Assembly: GCA_965552055.1 (NCBI GenBank)
Contig: CBEVQO010000004.1
Coordinates: 32,001-96,000 of the forward strand
Reading direction: 5' to 3'
DNA from: an uncultured bacterium
GTDB taxonomy: Bacteria > Hydrothermota > UBA3073 > NMUJ01 > CBEVQO01
Length of the DNA: 64,000 nt
Shown here: in pieces, positions 8,899 through 19,818 of the stretch
How the letters are laid out: each line of letters starts with the position of its first letter
Numbering within the stretch: the first letter of the stretch is position 1
Notes under the pieces: model-generated
Told to the model about the DNA's origin: nothing
Seen by the model: the letters and a program-made list of their open reading frames with translations, nothing else
Databases searched by the model: none
Made by a program: the position numbers and the translations under genes

Positions 8899-9825
8899 AT
8901 GATTATAACAAAAGTATTATCAATAAGCGGGATAGACCCTGTGAAATTGCTTGGTCAGGCAGATGAGAATCTACGCTATCTCATTAAGAGATACGATGCC
9001 CACATAGTGCTGAGAGGGGATAATCTTCTGATTACGGGTGACGATGCGGAAGTTGATTTCCTGTATGATAAGTTAAATAGATTGATTCAGGAAGTGAAGA
9101 AAGGCAAAGCGATAACTCTCGATGATTTAAAAGAGACCCTCGAATCATCATTTGCGGAAAGAGAAAGGAAACCTTTTCTTGAGACCTATCGCGGTATAGT
9201 TAAACCAAGAAGCAAGGGTCAGGAAGAATATATAAGGGCTTTGAACGAAAATGACATTGTTGTTTGCGTAGGTCCTGCAGGTACCGGTAAAACTTTTCTT
9301 GCTGCTGCGAAAGCAGTTTCTTTGCTAAAAAATAAGAGGGTGCAGAGAATAATATTAACCCGTCCGGCAGTAGAGGCAGGAGAAAGATTGGGCTTCTTAC
9401 CAGGGAGCTTCAAAGAAAAAGTTGACCCTTATCTGCGTCCTCTTTATGATGCATTGTATCAGTTAATGCCATTATCAAAATTCAGACAATTACTTGAAGA
9501 TGATATTATAGAAATTGCACCACTTGCTTACATGAGGGGCAGAAATTTAAATGACTGCTTTGTTATCCTTGATGAAGCACAGAATACCACTAAAATGCAG
9601 ATGAAGATGTTTCTCACAAGGTTGGGTCCTAATTCCAAAGCATGCATCACTGGTGATGTAACACAAATTGATTTGAAAAACAATCAAGATTCTGGACTTC
9701 TTCATATAATGAAAATTCTACAGGGAATAAATGGCATAAAATTTGTAACACTATCAGAAGAAGATATTGTTCGTCATCACCTCGTAAAAGAGATAATCAA
9801 AGCATACGAAAAGAATGGATTCTAA
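8899..9825 (+). CDS. phoH: PhoH-like ATPase
   Basis: GPAGTGKT, LTRPAVEAGERLGFLPG, YMRGR, LDEAQN. Confidence 0.95.
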   Translation: MIITKVLSISGIDPVKLLGQADENLRYLIKRYDAHIVLRGDNLLITGDDAEVDFLYDKLNRLIQEVKKGKAITLDDLKETLESSFAERERKPFLETYRGIVKPRSKGQEEYIRALNENDIVVCVGPAGTGKTFLAAAKAVSLLKNKRVQRIILTRPAVEAGERLGFLPGSFKEKVDPYLRPLYDALYQLMPLSKFRQLLEDDIIEIAPLAYMRGRNLNDCFVILDEAQNTTKMQMKMFLTRLGPNSKACITGDVTQIDLKNNQDSGLLHIMKILQGINGIKFVTLSEEDIVRHHLVKEIIKAYEKNGF

Positions 9826-11866
9826 AACTGACCTTACAATCAAAATATTTTCCTTTGCTGTTTTTCTTGTTCTTTTAAATGCGCTTTTCCCCATTCGTCC
9901 ACCCCGTTATAATTTGAAAATAGGAGAAAAAGCCAAAGAAGATATAATAGCTCCCTATGACTTTTTTATAATGAAAAGTGCCAATGAACTTGAGAGAGAA
10001 AGGAAAGCAGCAAAATGGGAGGTGCCTCCTGTTTTCAGCAGAATAAAAAGCGTAGGAGAAAGAGTAGATTCTATCTTCGATAGAATACTCCTTGCACAAA
10101 CAGAAACCGAAATAAGAAAAATCATACCGGAATTATCAAAAAAAGAAGCCATAACAGTTTTGTATAATAAACATAGTGTTAAAAAGGCAGAAGAAAAAAT
10201 CAAAGAAATACTCGGAAAAGGAATTATACAGAGTAAAGATGCTCTTATATTTAACAAAATTCAGTTAACATCGGGGAAAATTTTAAATAAAAAAGAGATT
10301 TTCGATGTCAAAACGGCTAAAGAAGATTATGAAAAATATTTGAAAAAAATAACGGGAAATCAAAATTTAATTTCTGCTCTTACAAAAATTTATGATAAAG
10401 TGGTTAGAAGCAATCTTATTTTGAATTATAAAGCTACGCGACTTGAGATGAAAAAAGCCGAAGAAAAGGTATCTCCATATAAAGGTAAGGTTTCTAAAGG
10501 TGAAGTTATTGTGAGGGCGCATCAGCGTATTGATACAACTATTTTCGAGAAATTAAAAGCGCTTGCGAATTACAGCAAAACATTAAAGGCAAAACTGCTT
10601 TCTGTAATCGGGCAAAATTTACTATACATTACAATAAGTATCGCAATGTTTATAATGCTTAAATTTTTATCACCGCAAACTTTAAAAAACAGAAAAAAAT
10701 GGCTGATCGCTTTTTCTTCTTTATCACTATTTTTCCTTTTACATGCTTTACAATTTTACAGATTATCGGTTTATTTAATCCCGATTGCTTTTCTTTCTAT
10801 AACTCTTTCTTTACTTTTAGATGAAATTACTGCAATAATAATGGTAGTAACTGCATCTGCTTTCATCGCTGCTTTACCGCAAACAGGATTCGAAGAGCTT
10901 ATGATCAGTTTGCTATCCGGGATTACAATAGTTTTTATTTGTTCAAGAGTAAGAAAGACATCCGAATTTTATAAAGTTGTGCTTTACTCTATTTTAAGCT
11001 ATATGGTTGTTGCTTTTTCCTGTGAATTTATAAAGACATCAGATTTTAAAATTTTATTAAGAGAGATAAAATTTGCTGCGTTAGGGGGACTTGGTTTCAG
11101 TGTGCTTGGTTTTGGTCTCATACCCTTTTTTGAGCGCTCTTTCCGCACTTATACCCGTCTATCTCTTATAGAATTCGCAGATTTAAATCGTAAGATAATG
11201 AAAGAATTTGCAGAAAAAGCACCCGGCTCTTACAATCACTCAATACTTGTTGCATCGCTAGCAGAAGCAGCAGCAAAAGAAATTGGAGCTAATTCATTAC
11301 TCGCATTAATAGGCGGATATTATCATGATATCGGCAAACTCGTTAAACCCGAATATTTCATTGAAAATCAAATGGAAGGGATGAAACCTGCAAAAGAAGT
11401 GAAACCCGAGATGATGCGTTCAATACTGCTCGCTCATGTAAGAGAAGGAGTAAAGATTGTAGAGAAAGAAGGCTTACCCGAAGAAGTGATAAACATAATA
11501 AAAGAGCATCACGGAACAACACTTATGGAATCACTTTATTATGAAGGAGCACCCGAAGAAGAGTTCAGATACAAAGGACCTGTACCTTCGTCAAAGGAGT
11601 CGGCTATCGTTATGCTTGCCGATGCAGTAGAAGCAAGAGTTAGATTGCTCGAAAAGGTAAATCCAGCAAAAATAATGGAGATAATAGAAGACACAATCGA
11701 TAAAAGATTAAAGGAAGGACAGCTATCAAACTCAAATCTCACACTCTCTGACCTTGAAAAAATTAAAAAGGCATTTTTACCTATATTGATGGGAATATCT
11801 CATAGAAGGATTGAATATCCAAATGCAAATAGAAATTCAAGACCTGACAAAAAGCAGGATAAATAA
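9815..11866 (+). CDS. 7TM-HDIG phosphohydrolase (PgpH-like, candidate c-di-AMP phosphodiesterase)
   Basis: Extracellular domain, 7 TM helices, APGSYNHS, YYHDIGK, EHHGT, MLADAVEA; conserved phoH-HD-ybeY context. Confidence 0.85.
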   Translation: MDSKTDLTIKIFSFAVFLVLLNALFPIRPPRYNLKIGEKAKEDIIAPYDFFIMKSANELERERKAAKWEVPPVFSRIKSVGERVDSIFDRILLAQTETEIRKIIPELSKKEAITVLYNKHSVKKAEEKIKEILGKGIIQSKDALIFNKIQLTSGKILNKKEIFDVKTAKEDYEKYLKKITGNQNLISALTKIYDKVVRSNLILNYKATRLEMKKAEEKVSPYKGKVSKGEVIVRAHQRIDTTIFEKLKALANYSKTLKAKLLSVIGQNLLYITISIAMFIMLKFLSPQTLKNRKKWLIAFSSLSLFFLLHALQFYRLSVYLIPIAFLSITLSLLLDEITAIIMVVTASAFIAALPQTGFEELMISLLSGITIVFICSRVRKTSEFYKVVLYSILSYMVVAFSCEFIKTSDFKILLREIKFAALGGLGFSVLGFGLIPFFERSFRTYTRLSLIEFADLNRKIMKEFAEKAPGSYNHSILVASLAEAAAKEIGANSLLALIGGYYHDIGKLVKPEYFIENQMEGMKPAKEVKPEMMRSILLAHVREGVKIVEKEGLPEEVINIIKEHHGTTLMESLYYEGAPEEEFRYKGPVPSSKESAIVMLADAVEARVRLLEKVNPAKIMEIIEDTIDKRLKEGQLSNSNLTLSDLEKIKKAFLPILMGISHRRIEYPNANRNSRPDKKQDK

Positions 11867-12224
11867 AAAAAGATTGAAAAAACTTGCAAAAAGAATTTTA
11901 AAAGAAGAAAAATCAGGGCAAAAAATTAAAATATCAATAACGATTATTGATAAAGAAAAAATAAGGGAATTGAATAAGAAATACAAAAAGAGGGATAAAG
12001 AGACGAATGTGCTTGCTTTTGAGATACCGGTAGAAGGTAAAAATCTGAAATTGTGCGACATTTATATATCTGTAGATGAAGCTCGGAAATATGCAAAAGA
12101 ATTAAAAGAAAGTTTGATAAAAAATATAGCAAGATTAATGATTCACGGGATATTGCATACTCTGGGGTATAATCACGGAAAAGAAATGGAAGAAAAAGAA
12201 AATTATTATCTTTCTAAATTATGA
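11823..12224 (+). CDS. ybeY: rRNA maturation endoribonuclease YbeY
   Basis: LN..Y...D..TNVLAF, DIYIS, HGILHTLGYNH; start uncertain (11811 TTG or 11823 ATG). Confidence 0.9.
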   Translation: MQIEIQDLTKSRINKKRLKKLAKRILKEEKSGQKIKISITIIDKEKIRELNKKYKKRDKETNVLAFEIPVEGKNLKLCDIYISVDEARKYAKELKESLIKNIARLMIHGILHTLGYNHGKEMEEKENYYLSKL

Positions 12225-13132
12225 ATATCTTCTTATTTTGTTTAATACCCTTTCTCCTCTATTTATCTGCTTTCTTTTCATCCACCGAAGCTGCAATTTT
12301 TCATCTTCCTTTGCTAACGATTGAAAAACTTGCTTTTAAGAATGCCCGATTTAAGGAACTGCTACAAAGGCAAAAATATCTATTAACAATTTTATTTGGA
12401 AATACACTTGTAAATCTTGCATTTGCTATTGTTTTGAGCACTCTTCTTCTTTCTATTTTTAAAATAAAATCAGCTGCATACGACCTCGTTTCCACACTTC
12501 TTGGTGCTTACATTGTGCTACTGTTTGGCGAAATATGCCCAAAATTATACGCACTGAAAAATGCAGAAAAAATAACTGTAAAAAATTTCCCGATTATAAA
12601 GTGTCTTTATTGTGTATTTTATCCTGTTACAAAACTTTTTGAAAAATTGCTACCAGAAATGACAGAAAGGACACCTTTATCTTTATCAGAGCTAAAATTG
12701 CTTATTTCTCATGGTTTTTCGGATGGTGCAATAACAGACAGGGAAGCGAAGTTTATAAGTCATATTCTTGATTTGAAGGACATAAAGATTGCAAATGTTA
12801 TGACAACAGAAATGGAAGTGGTATCCGCATCTGAACCCGTTCAAAAGATAATTAGAAGGGTTAAACATTCAAGAATTCCTGTTTATGAGGGTGTAAGTTC
12901 AAACATAATTGGTGTTTTATACATAAAAGACCTCATTGGTGTGAAAGATGGCGTAGCGAGGGATTATATGCGCAAACCTGTTTTTATAGATATCAACACA
13001 TCGTTAAAAGAGATGCTCGATTATTTCCTTGAAAATAGAGTTCATATTGCACTTGTGAAGAAAGGAGGAAGGGTAGTTGGCTTAATAACCCTTGATGACA
13101 TTATAGAAACGGTTTTAAGAGGTGTTGTATGA
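12221..13132 (+). CDS. CNNM/DUF21-CBS membrane protein
   Basis: SAFFSSTEAA, TIL.GNTLVN, FGEICPK, HSRIPV, GLITLDDI. Confidence 0.85.
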   Translation: MNIFLFCLIPFLLYLSAFFSSTEAAIFHLPLLTIEKLAFKNARFKELLQRQKYLLTILFGNTLVNLAFAIVLSTLLLSIFKIKSAAYDLVSTLLGAYIVLLFGEICPKLYALKNAEKITVKNFPIIKCLYCVFYPVTKLFEKLLPEMTERTPLSLSELKLLISHGFSDGAITDREAKFISHILDLKDIKIANVMTTEMEVVSASEPVQKIIRRVKHSRIPVYEGVSSNIIGVLYIKDLIGVKDGVARDYMRKPVFIDINTSLKEMLDYFLENRVHIALVKKGGRVVGLITLDDIIETVLRGVV

Positions 13133-14307
13133 TTGAGCTTATCTTATTGATAATCGGCTTATCTATTTTCACAGCTGCTGAAATGGCTTTGATATCTGCA
13201 GATAGGCTTAAAATAAGGTATCTTGCGCTTACAGGCAAAAAGAGCGCTGTATTTTCGCTTGAAATCTTAAAAAATCCACAATTATTTGCACCCACGATTT
13301 TAATCTGCCAGAATATTTTGTTAATAGCAATAGGAGTTAAATTCTTTGAATTATGGCACGAAAAATTATCAGATATCGCAATAACACTTATCAGTACTTT
13401 CATAGTGATGATATTTGCAGAAACTCTTCCAAAATCTTTATCTTACAGATGCAAAGAAAAGCTTGCATTATATTTATCTTATCTTGTTTATGCGATGTAT
13501 TTTTTGGTTTATCCATTTGCGGAATTTTTGAAGATAAGTTCTTCTTTGATATTGAGGCTACTCGGTGTAAAGCGCGTTGAAACCTTCCGTCATTCCCGTG
13601 AGGAAGTCAGGAGAGCTTTTAAGGATGTGATAAAAGGCACAGAAATTACGATAATTGACCGTATTTTAAGCTTTTGGGATAAGCGTGCAAAAGATATAAT
13701 GGTGCCGAGGCACAAAATAGTGGCAATTTCAATAGATTCATCAGTCGAAGAAGCAAGAACTTTGCTTAAAAAACATGGATTATCAAGATTGCCTGTTTAT
13801 AAAGGAACGATTGATAACATTAAGGGCATAATTCATGTTAAAGATTTATTTAATGCGAAAAATTTAAAAGATGCCATACGCAAATGCAAGTTTATTCCCG
13901 ATACAAAAAGAATATCAAGTTTGCTTGAAGAATTAAGGCGAGAAAATATCCACATGGCTATTGTAAAAGATGAATACGGTGCGACAGTGGGTTTAATCAC
14001 CGTTGAAGACATTCTCGAAGAGTTATTTGGTGAGATAAGGGATGAATATGATAGATTTGAAGAATTCCCGATTAAAAAAATTTCCGAAAACAGATATATT
14101 GTAAAAGGGGATGTCAGTTTGTTTGACATAAAGCAATATATCGGGATAGAGCTACCTGCTGGTGATTACGAAACAATCTCTGGGATGATTTTTGAACATC
14201 TCGAAAGGATTCCACAAGAAGGAGAAACATTTGAAATAGGAGGTTACAAATTTAAGATACTCGATATGGTTGGAAATAGAATTGACCGTGTTGAGATTGA
14301 AATTTAG
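13129..14307 (+). CDS. Hemolysin-family CNNM-CBS-CorC protein
   Basis: FAETLPK, SRLPVY, VKDEYG..VGLIT.ED, CorC C-terminal YETISG. Confidence 0.9.
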   Translation: MIELILLIIGLSIFTAAEMALISADRLKIRYLALTGKKSAVFSLEILKNPQLFAPTILICQNILLIAIGVKFFELWHEKLSDIAITLISTFIVMIFAETLPKSLSYRCKEKLALYLSYLVYAMYFLVYPFAEFLKISSSLILRLLGVKRVETFRHSREEVRRAFKDVIKGTEITIIDRILSFWDKRAKDIMVPRHKIVAISIDSSVEEARTLLKKHGLSRLPVYKGTIDNIKGIIHVKDLFNAKNLKDAIRKCKFIPDTKRISSLLEELRRENIHMAIVKDEYGATVGLITVEDILEELFGEIRDEYDRFEEFPIKKISENRYIVKGDVSLFDIKQYIGIELPAGDYETISGMIFEHLERIPQEGETFEIGGYKFKILDMVGNRIDRVEIEI

Positions 14308-14534
14308 TCTTTATTTTCTGTCACAAATATTGCGAAGTCAGGGCAGGTATATTCGCAAATTTTACAATTTACACATTTTTCAGGATATTTCGCATAAGGA
14401 TAGTGATATCCTTTTTCATTAAAATCCTTTGACATTTCAAGGACTTTACGGGGACATAATTCTACACAATAGGTACATCCTTTGCATCTTGTTTTTATAA
14501 CATTTATTTTGTATCTGGGTTTTGTTTCTGTCAT
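14304..14534 (-). CDS. 2x[4Fe-4S] ferredoxin, likely 2-oxoacid:ferredoxin oxidoreductase delta subunit
   Basis: [12 protein letters not shown] and [21 protein letters not shown] motif. Confidence 0.85.
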   Translation of the reverse strand: MTETKPRYKINVIKTRCKGCTYCVELCPRKVLEMSKDFNEKGYHYPYAKYPEKCVNCKICEYTCPDFAIFVTENKD

Positions 14535-15397
14535 AATATTTCTTTTAAAATTTGTGCTACTTCTGCGGGTTCTGTTGCAACTTTTACTCCTACTTCATTA
14601 AATACTCTTATTTTTTCTTCGGCTGTACCTTCACTTCCAGCGATTATTGCACCAGCATGTCCCATACGCTTACCAGGAGGCGCTGTTTTACCGGCGATAA
14701 ATGCAACAACAGGTTTTTTAATGTGCTCTCTTATAAAATAAGCAGCATCCTGTTCATCTGTGCCACCTATTTCTCCTATCAAAACAACGGCAGAAGTATC
14801 TTTATCTTCTTCAAACATTTTGAGTAAATCTATAAATTTAAGACCAATTACCGGGTCACCTCCTATACCTATACAGGTAGATTGTCCCATTCCGCTTTTC
14901 GTTATGTGATAAACTATTTCATAGGTCAAGGTGCCGCTCCTTGATATTACACCGATATTACCCGGTTTAAACACATGAGCAGGCATTATACCGACTTTAC
15001 ATTTACCGGGACTTATGATTCCAGGGCAATTGGGTCCTACGAGTTTTACTCCTTTGTAATCGAGGTATTTTACCACTTTTGTCATCTCATCTACGGGTAT
15101 TCCTTCGGTTATACAAACTATAAGTTTAATTCCTGCATCCGCTGCTTCATAAATTGCATCTGCTGCAAATGCTGCCGGCACGAATATTATTGAAGTATCG
15201 GCTCCTGTTTCTTTTACTGCCTCTTCTACAGTGTTGAAAACAGGTACATTCTCAACCTTTTGACCGCCTTTACCAGGGGTAACACCTGCAACAACCTTGG
15301 TGCCATACTGGAGCATCATCTTTGTATGAAAAGAGCCATCCCTACCTGTTATACCCTGAACCAGAACCTTTGTATTTTCATCCACAAGGATACTCAT
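14531..15397 (-). CDS. sucD: Succinyl-CoA ligase alpha subunit
   Basis: [27 protein letters not shown] (phospho-His). Confidence 0.97.
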   Translation of the reverse strand: MSILVDENTKVLVQGITGRDGSFHTKMMLQYGTKVVAGVTPGKGGQKVENVPVFNTVEEAVKETGADTSIIFVPAAFAADAIYEAADAGIKLIVCITEGIPVDEMTKVVKYLDYKGVKLVGPNCPGIISPGKCKVGIMPAHVFKPGNIGVISRSGTLTYEIVYHITKSGMGQSTCIGIGGDPVIGLKFIDLLKMFEEDKDTSAVVLIGEIGGTDEQDAAYFIREHIKKPVVAFIAGKTAPPGKRMGHAGAIIAGSEGTAEEKIRVFNEVGVKVATEPAEVAQILKEIL

Positions 15398-15405
15398 AAC
15401 ATCAG

Positions 15406-15432
15406 ATTATAATAAAAATTTATGTTTGTCAA
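15406..15432 (-). promoter_or_regulatory. promoter TTGACA-N15-TATAAT, 8 nt before the sucD ATG
   Basis: Perfect hexamers, 15-bp spacer, no RBS. Confidence 0.75.
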
Positions 15433-16025
15433 GTTTTTTCTATCCGGATTAATCTACCTTTTGATAGGTAAAAAATATTATCACAAATCTCACGGGGAAA
15501 ACCTTCATAGTTTGCAAATATTAAAATGATTTCGGATTTTTCTTTCAATCTAAGGATAAAATTTTTCACTTTTTCTCTCATTATTTTATTTAATCCTCTA
15601 AATGGTTCATCCATTAAAATTATTTGTGGCTCGTAGATAAGTGATGCTATTGTCAAAATTTTTTTCTCACTATAAGAAAGATTATGCGGACTTGCATCTC
15701 CTTTCAATCCAAAGTATTTTATAACTTTTTCAACATTTTCCAGAGGTTTTTTATAATTTTTCACTGCAAATGCAATTTCCTCATATACGGTATCAAGAAA
15801 CAAAGAATCATCAGGTGTTTCAAAACATAGTCCAGTTACAGGAGAATCTACTCCTTCGACTTCTACTTTACCTCTATCCGGTTTTTTAAGTCCTGCAATT
15901 ATGTTAAATAAAAGTGTTTTACCACTGGAATTTGCACCGAGTATAGCGGTTATACCCTTTTCGACTACAAGACTTATATCACGCAGAATGTTTGAAAAGG
16001 TGATATTTTCTATCTTTAATCTCAA
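15429..16025 (-). CDS. ECF/ABC ATP-binding protein, degenerate
   Basis: Walker A GANSSGKT, TVYEEIAF, Walker B ILMDEP; signature LSYSE; no H-loop His. Confidence 0.75.
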   Translation of the reverse strand: MRLKIENITFSNILRDISLVVEKGITAILGANSSGKTLLFNIIAGLKKPDRGKVEVEGVDSPVTGLCFETPDDSLFLDTVYEEIAFAVKNYKKPLENVEKVIKYFGLKGDASPHNLSYSEKKILTIASLIYEPQIILMDEPFRGLNKIMREKVKNFILRLKEKSEIILIFANYEGFPREICDNIFYLSKGRLIRIEKT

Positions 16026-17740
16026 AATTTCATTCCAATACCTATGTGAATAATGCGTGGTCGCCCGGGATATGTATCAAATGGACTGAAACCAAAACAC
16101 ATTTTATAATCCACATCAAAAAGATTTTCGCATCTTAAATAAATATTTAAAAAATCACGAAATTGATAAACAAATCCTATATTTAAAAGATGATAATCCT
16201 TTAAAATCTTCTCTTTATCGCCATACGCTTTGTGCATTTTACCACGATAAATGTAAGTAATTTCGGGTGTTAAGAAAGATTTATATCTTAAAGTCATAAC
16301 AAATTTGACCCTTGGTATTCCCTCATAATCTTTAAAGAAAAATAACAAATTTTGTATGTATTCTACTTTGAGCATAGAAAATTTATAAACCATTTCTACT
16401 CCTTCTCTCTCATAATTTACCAGATTCTTTGGACGATATACGAAATCCGTATCCTGAACCCATTCTATTTTATCACGGATATAATTCTTAAATAAGTTTA
16501 GATTTAGAAACATATTCGATTTTTTCATTTTAATTCCAGCGTTATAAAATTTTCCCTTTTCCGGGAGGAGCTCTGGATTTCCCTCAGCCCATCCGGTATT
16601 GGGCCAGTAAAGGTCGTTAAAAGATGGATACTGAAAGCCCTGGCTATAACTGAAATATAAATTGAAAAATGAGAAAGGCACACTGATACCCGTTACTCCC
16701 GAAAACTTACCCTTATATCTCGAGGATTTGTCAAATCTTATCCCTGTTAAAAGAAAAGGTTTAAAAATTTTCCTGAAAAATGTTAAAGAAGCACCGCATT
16801 CCCATTCTCTTTTGTCATAATATTCAAATCCGGAACTTCTGAAAAATGCTTTATAATTCCTTGCATCAAAATTTAGATAAAAAGGAGGTTTCGATAAATT
16901 CGCAGAAAAATTTAAAATATCAGAATAAATTGTATCTTCACCGTAAGCCGACTTATAATCTATCAGATAAACTGCATATCCTGAAATTACATTGAGTGAA
17001 AAATTCTTTTTCAATAATTTGCCTGACAGTGTTAGAAATAGTGCTCTATCCTGTTGTTTGTCGCTAAGTAAAGCGATTGAAGGCTCTGTATCGGGCGAAG
17101 GTCCTGGCACCCCATATTTTTTCACGCATCCACCAGAAAGCAGATTTATCTCCCAGTCATTTATAGAATAGGTGAAACCAAGAACTCCTGAACTTTTTGT
17201 AAAATCGGAATTATCGCGAAAACCCTTACCATTATGTGCATCTAAACCACCAAAAAATAAAGGATTTGTGCCCCTCCTTATCGACATATAGAGCATCTCT
17301 TCCGAATAATTACCACGAAAATATCTAAAATTTGACTTCTCATCTGCATCATAAGTAATATTTATGAGATTCAAACCATGTGCACCACATGCTAAACTAT
17401 ATCCCGAATGAATAACCTCAGCCCTTTTAAGATTGCAAAGCGGAATTAAAGAGAGGTCAAAAGTATTATCTTTCAATGTATTTAATGGCAAACCATTTAC
17501 CGTAATCAAAGTATTTGTCGAAGATAAACCCTGAATGCTCGAAGTAGCAAGCTGTACATATCCGCCATATTCATTTAGCAAAAAACTCGAAAGATTCAAA
17601 GAGAATAAAAGTGGATGAAATTTCGCAAACTTCACTTCTTCTACGAAAAATGGCAATTTATATGGGTCAATGTGTAATCTCGTAGCTTCAACAATCAAAG
17701 TATCGGCATAATAAATTTGAAATAACAAAAATAAAATCAT
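16022..17740 (-). CDS. TonB-dependent receptor (BtuB-like)
   Basis: TonB-box-like DTLIVEATR, plug-like segment, P.FNDLYW...GNPELLPE, NLFD, terminal Phe. Confidence 0.75.
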   Translation of the reverse strand: MILFLLFQIYYADTLIVEATRLHIDPYKLPFFVEEVKFAKFHPLLFSLNLSSFLLNEYGGYVQLATSSIQGLSSTNTLITVNGLPLNTLKDNTFDLSLIPLCNLKRAEVIHSGYSLACGAHGLNLINITYDADEKSNFRYFRGNYSEEMLYMSIRRGTNPLFFGGLDAHNGKGFRDNSDFTKSSGVLGFTYSINDWEINLLSGGCVKKYGVPGPSPDTEPSIALLSDKQQDRALFLTLSGKLLKKNFSLNVISGYAVYLIDYKSAYGEDTIYSDILNFSANLSKPPFYLNFDARNYKAFFRSSGFEYYDKREWECGASLTFFRKIFKPFLLTGIRFDKSSRYKGKFSGVTGISVPFSFFNLYFSYSQGFQYPSFNDLYWPNTGWAEGNPELLPEKGKFYNAGIKMKKSNMFLNLNLFKNYIRDKIEWVQDTDFVYRPKNLVNYEREGVEMVYKFSMLKVEYIQNLLFFFKDYEGIPRVKFVMTLRYKSFLTPEITYIYRGKMHKAYGDKEKILKDYHLLNIGFVYQFRDFLNIYLRCENLFDVDYKMCFGFSPFDTYPGRPRIIHIGIGMKF

Positions 17741-17752
17741 CCTGAAATTTAA

Positions 17753-18859
17753 TTAAGATATCAAAAAGTCAAGTATTTTTTTTGACATTTTATCAACTGT
17801 GAATCTTTTTGCATTTGCAATTCCTTTTTGTTTTAATTTTTCGTATAATTCCCGGTCTTCAAATATTTTTTCTATAGCATCTTTGATATTTTCTGGTGTT
17901 GGCTCACATATTATTGCGGCATCTCCCACAACTTCCGGTAAAGATGCTTTGTTGGAACATATAACGGGCACTCCGCAAGCCATTGCCTCAAGAGGAGGCA
18001 AACCAAATCCTTCACACAATGAAGGAAAAACAAATAAAAAAGCACCATTAAAGAACATGGGCAAATCTTCATCCGTAACATAATCTAAAAAATGAACATT
18101 ATCCAGTTTTTTAAAATTATACTTTTTGCTTAAAATTTTTAACTTTTGAACTAAAAAATCTGAAATTCTCCCAATTATTAACAACTTGAAGCGTTTTTTA
18201 ATTTCTTCTGGCAATAATAAGTATGCTTCCACTAAACTTTCTACATTTTTGTGAGGCTTAAGACCTCCAAGATAAAGGATGTATTCAAAATTTATCCCAT
18301 ATTTTTCAAGAACTTTTTTTGTTTTTTCTTCTGGAAGGACTTTAAATTTTTTATCGACAGCGAGATGAATTACTTTTATTTTTTCTTTCGGTATTTTCAT
18401 CAACTTACTTATTTTTTCTTTTGCATCGTAAGATAGTGTAAAAACTTTTTTTGCGAATTTTGCACAAAATCTTCCAAAATAAAGGTAATACATTTTTTTG
18501 AAAAAATTTACAGGCAAAATTAATGGTGTCGCATCGTTTATCGAAATTATCATCTTTTTGCCAAGAAGTAATGGACCTTTGAAGTAAGGTGAGAAGAAAA
18601 TATCTACCTTTTCGCGTATAGCAAGGAAAGGTAAAATAATTTGGTCCCATAAAATTGTAATAATTTCTTTTTTTCTGATGAATTTGATGTTTTTTGCGTT
18701 TAAAATATTTTTTGGGATTTCTGTTTTTTGATTTCCAAAAAGAATATAAAGATTTTTTTTGTCGTTATCTATCACCCAGTTAAGGAAATCAAGTAGATAT
18801 CTTCCTATTCCCGTGTGTTTACCGCGTTCAAATTCTCTTACATCTATTCCTATTTTCAT
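17753..18859 (-). CDS. GT4 glycosyltransferase
   Basis: [31 protein letters not shown]. Confidence 0.92.
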   Translation of the reverse strand: MKIGIDVREFERGKHTGIGRYLLDFLNWVIDNDKKNLYILFGNQKTEIPKNILNAKNIKFIRKKEIITILWDQIILPFLAIREKVDIFFSPYFKGPLLLGKKMIISINDATPLILPVNFFKKMYYLYFGRFCAKFAKKVFTLSYDAKEKISKLMKIPKEKIKVIHLAVDKKFKVLPEEKTKKVLEKYGINFEYILYLGGLKPHKNVESLVEAYLLLPEEIKKRFKLLIIGRISDFLVQKLKILSKKYNFKKLDNVHFLDYVTDEDLPMFFNGAFLFVFPSLCEGFGLPPLEAMACGVPVICSNKASLPEVVGDAAIICEPTPENIKDAIEKIFEDRELYEKLKQKGIANAKRFTVDKMSKKILDFLIS

Positions 18860-19818
18860 CTATTTTTGAGTTTGTGACGCCAGTAATTGAGTAAATCTTT
18901 TAAAGTTTGTTCAAATTTATATTTGGGTTTCCAACCTGTTTTCTTTATAAATTTCTCTGGATTTCCATAGAGAATAGGCACATCCGAAGGTCTTAACCTT
19001 TGAGGGTCAACTTTTATTTCTGCTTTTATTCCTGATATTTCCATCAACATGTGTAAAATATCTTTAACTTTTCTGGGTTTTCCGGAGCAAATATTATAAA
19101 CTTCGCCTGGTTCACATTTTTCTGTAGCAAGCCAATAAGCTTCTACAATATCTCTAACATCTGTGAAATCCCTTGCAGATTCGAGATTTCCGACATAAAT
19201 GATGGGCTCTTTTATTCCCATTTCTATTTCCACTATTTGTTTGGCGAAATTAGAACATACAAATACTTCTGCACGACGGGGTCCTGTGTGATTAAATGCC
19301 CTTGTCCTTATTACTCTTAATCCATAACTTTTAAAATACTGAAAACCAAGTAAATCCTGTGCTACTTTACTCACAGCATAAGGACTTAAAGGACGCAAAG
19401 GAGTATCTTCTTTTATCGGTAATTCATCTTCTCCTACGAGACCATATTCTTCAGATGAACCTGCTATATGAATTATTGGATTTATTTTCGCCCTTCTTAC
19501 TGCTTCAAAAATATTCAGCTGACCTATGATATTGGTTGTAAGTGTCTCATAAGGTGCCTGCCATGATTGCGGGACAAAGCTCTGAGCTGCTAAATGAAAG
19601 ATTTTGTCAGGTTTAACTTCCGAAATTACTTCGGAAACACTCGTGGAATCCCTTATATCGCAGGTATAAAGTTTTATCTTATCCATTATATGTTCTATAT
19701 TTTCTGTACGGCTGCGCCAGCGTATTATTCCAAATACTTCGATATCTTTAAACTTCAGCAAATATTCTGCAAGATGACTGCCAACGAATCCAGTAATTCC
19801 GGTTATTAAAACTTTCAT
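18856..19818 (-). CDS. GDP-mannose 4,6-dehydratase / GDP-6-deoxy-mannose reductase family SDR
   Basis: GITGFVG, HLAAQSFV, SSEEYG, YAVSK, FNHTGPRR. Confidence 0.88.
   Translation of the reverse strand: MKVLITGITGFVGSHLAEYLLKFKDIEVFGIIRWRSRTENIEHIMDKIKLYTCDIRDSTSVSEVISEVKPDKIFHLAAQSFVPQSWQAPYETLTTNIIGQLNIFEAVRRAKINPIIHIAGSSEEYGLVGEDELPIKEDTPLRPLSPYAVSKVAQDLLGFQYFKSYGLRVIRTRAFNHTGPRRAEVFVCSNFAKQIVEIEMGIKEPIIYVGNLESARDFTDVRDIVEAYWLATEKCEPGEVYNICSGKPRKVKDILHMLMEISGIKAEIKVDPQRLRPSDVPILYGNPEKFIKKTGWKPKYKFEQTLKDLLNYWRHKLKNR

Noticed and set aside
8899..14307. phoH-HD-ybeY-CNNM cluster as a novel system
   Set aside because: A widely conserved, known gene neighbourhood
17741..17752. Cobalamin riboswitch before the BtuB-like receptor
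   Set aside because: The gap is only 12 nt; likewise there is no room for an FMN riboswitch before ribH
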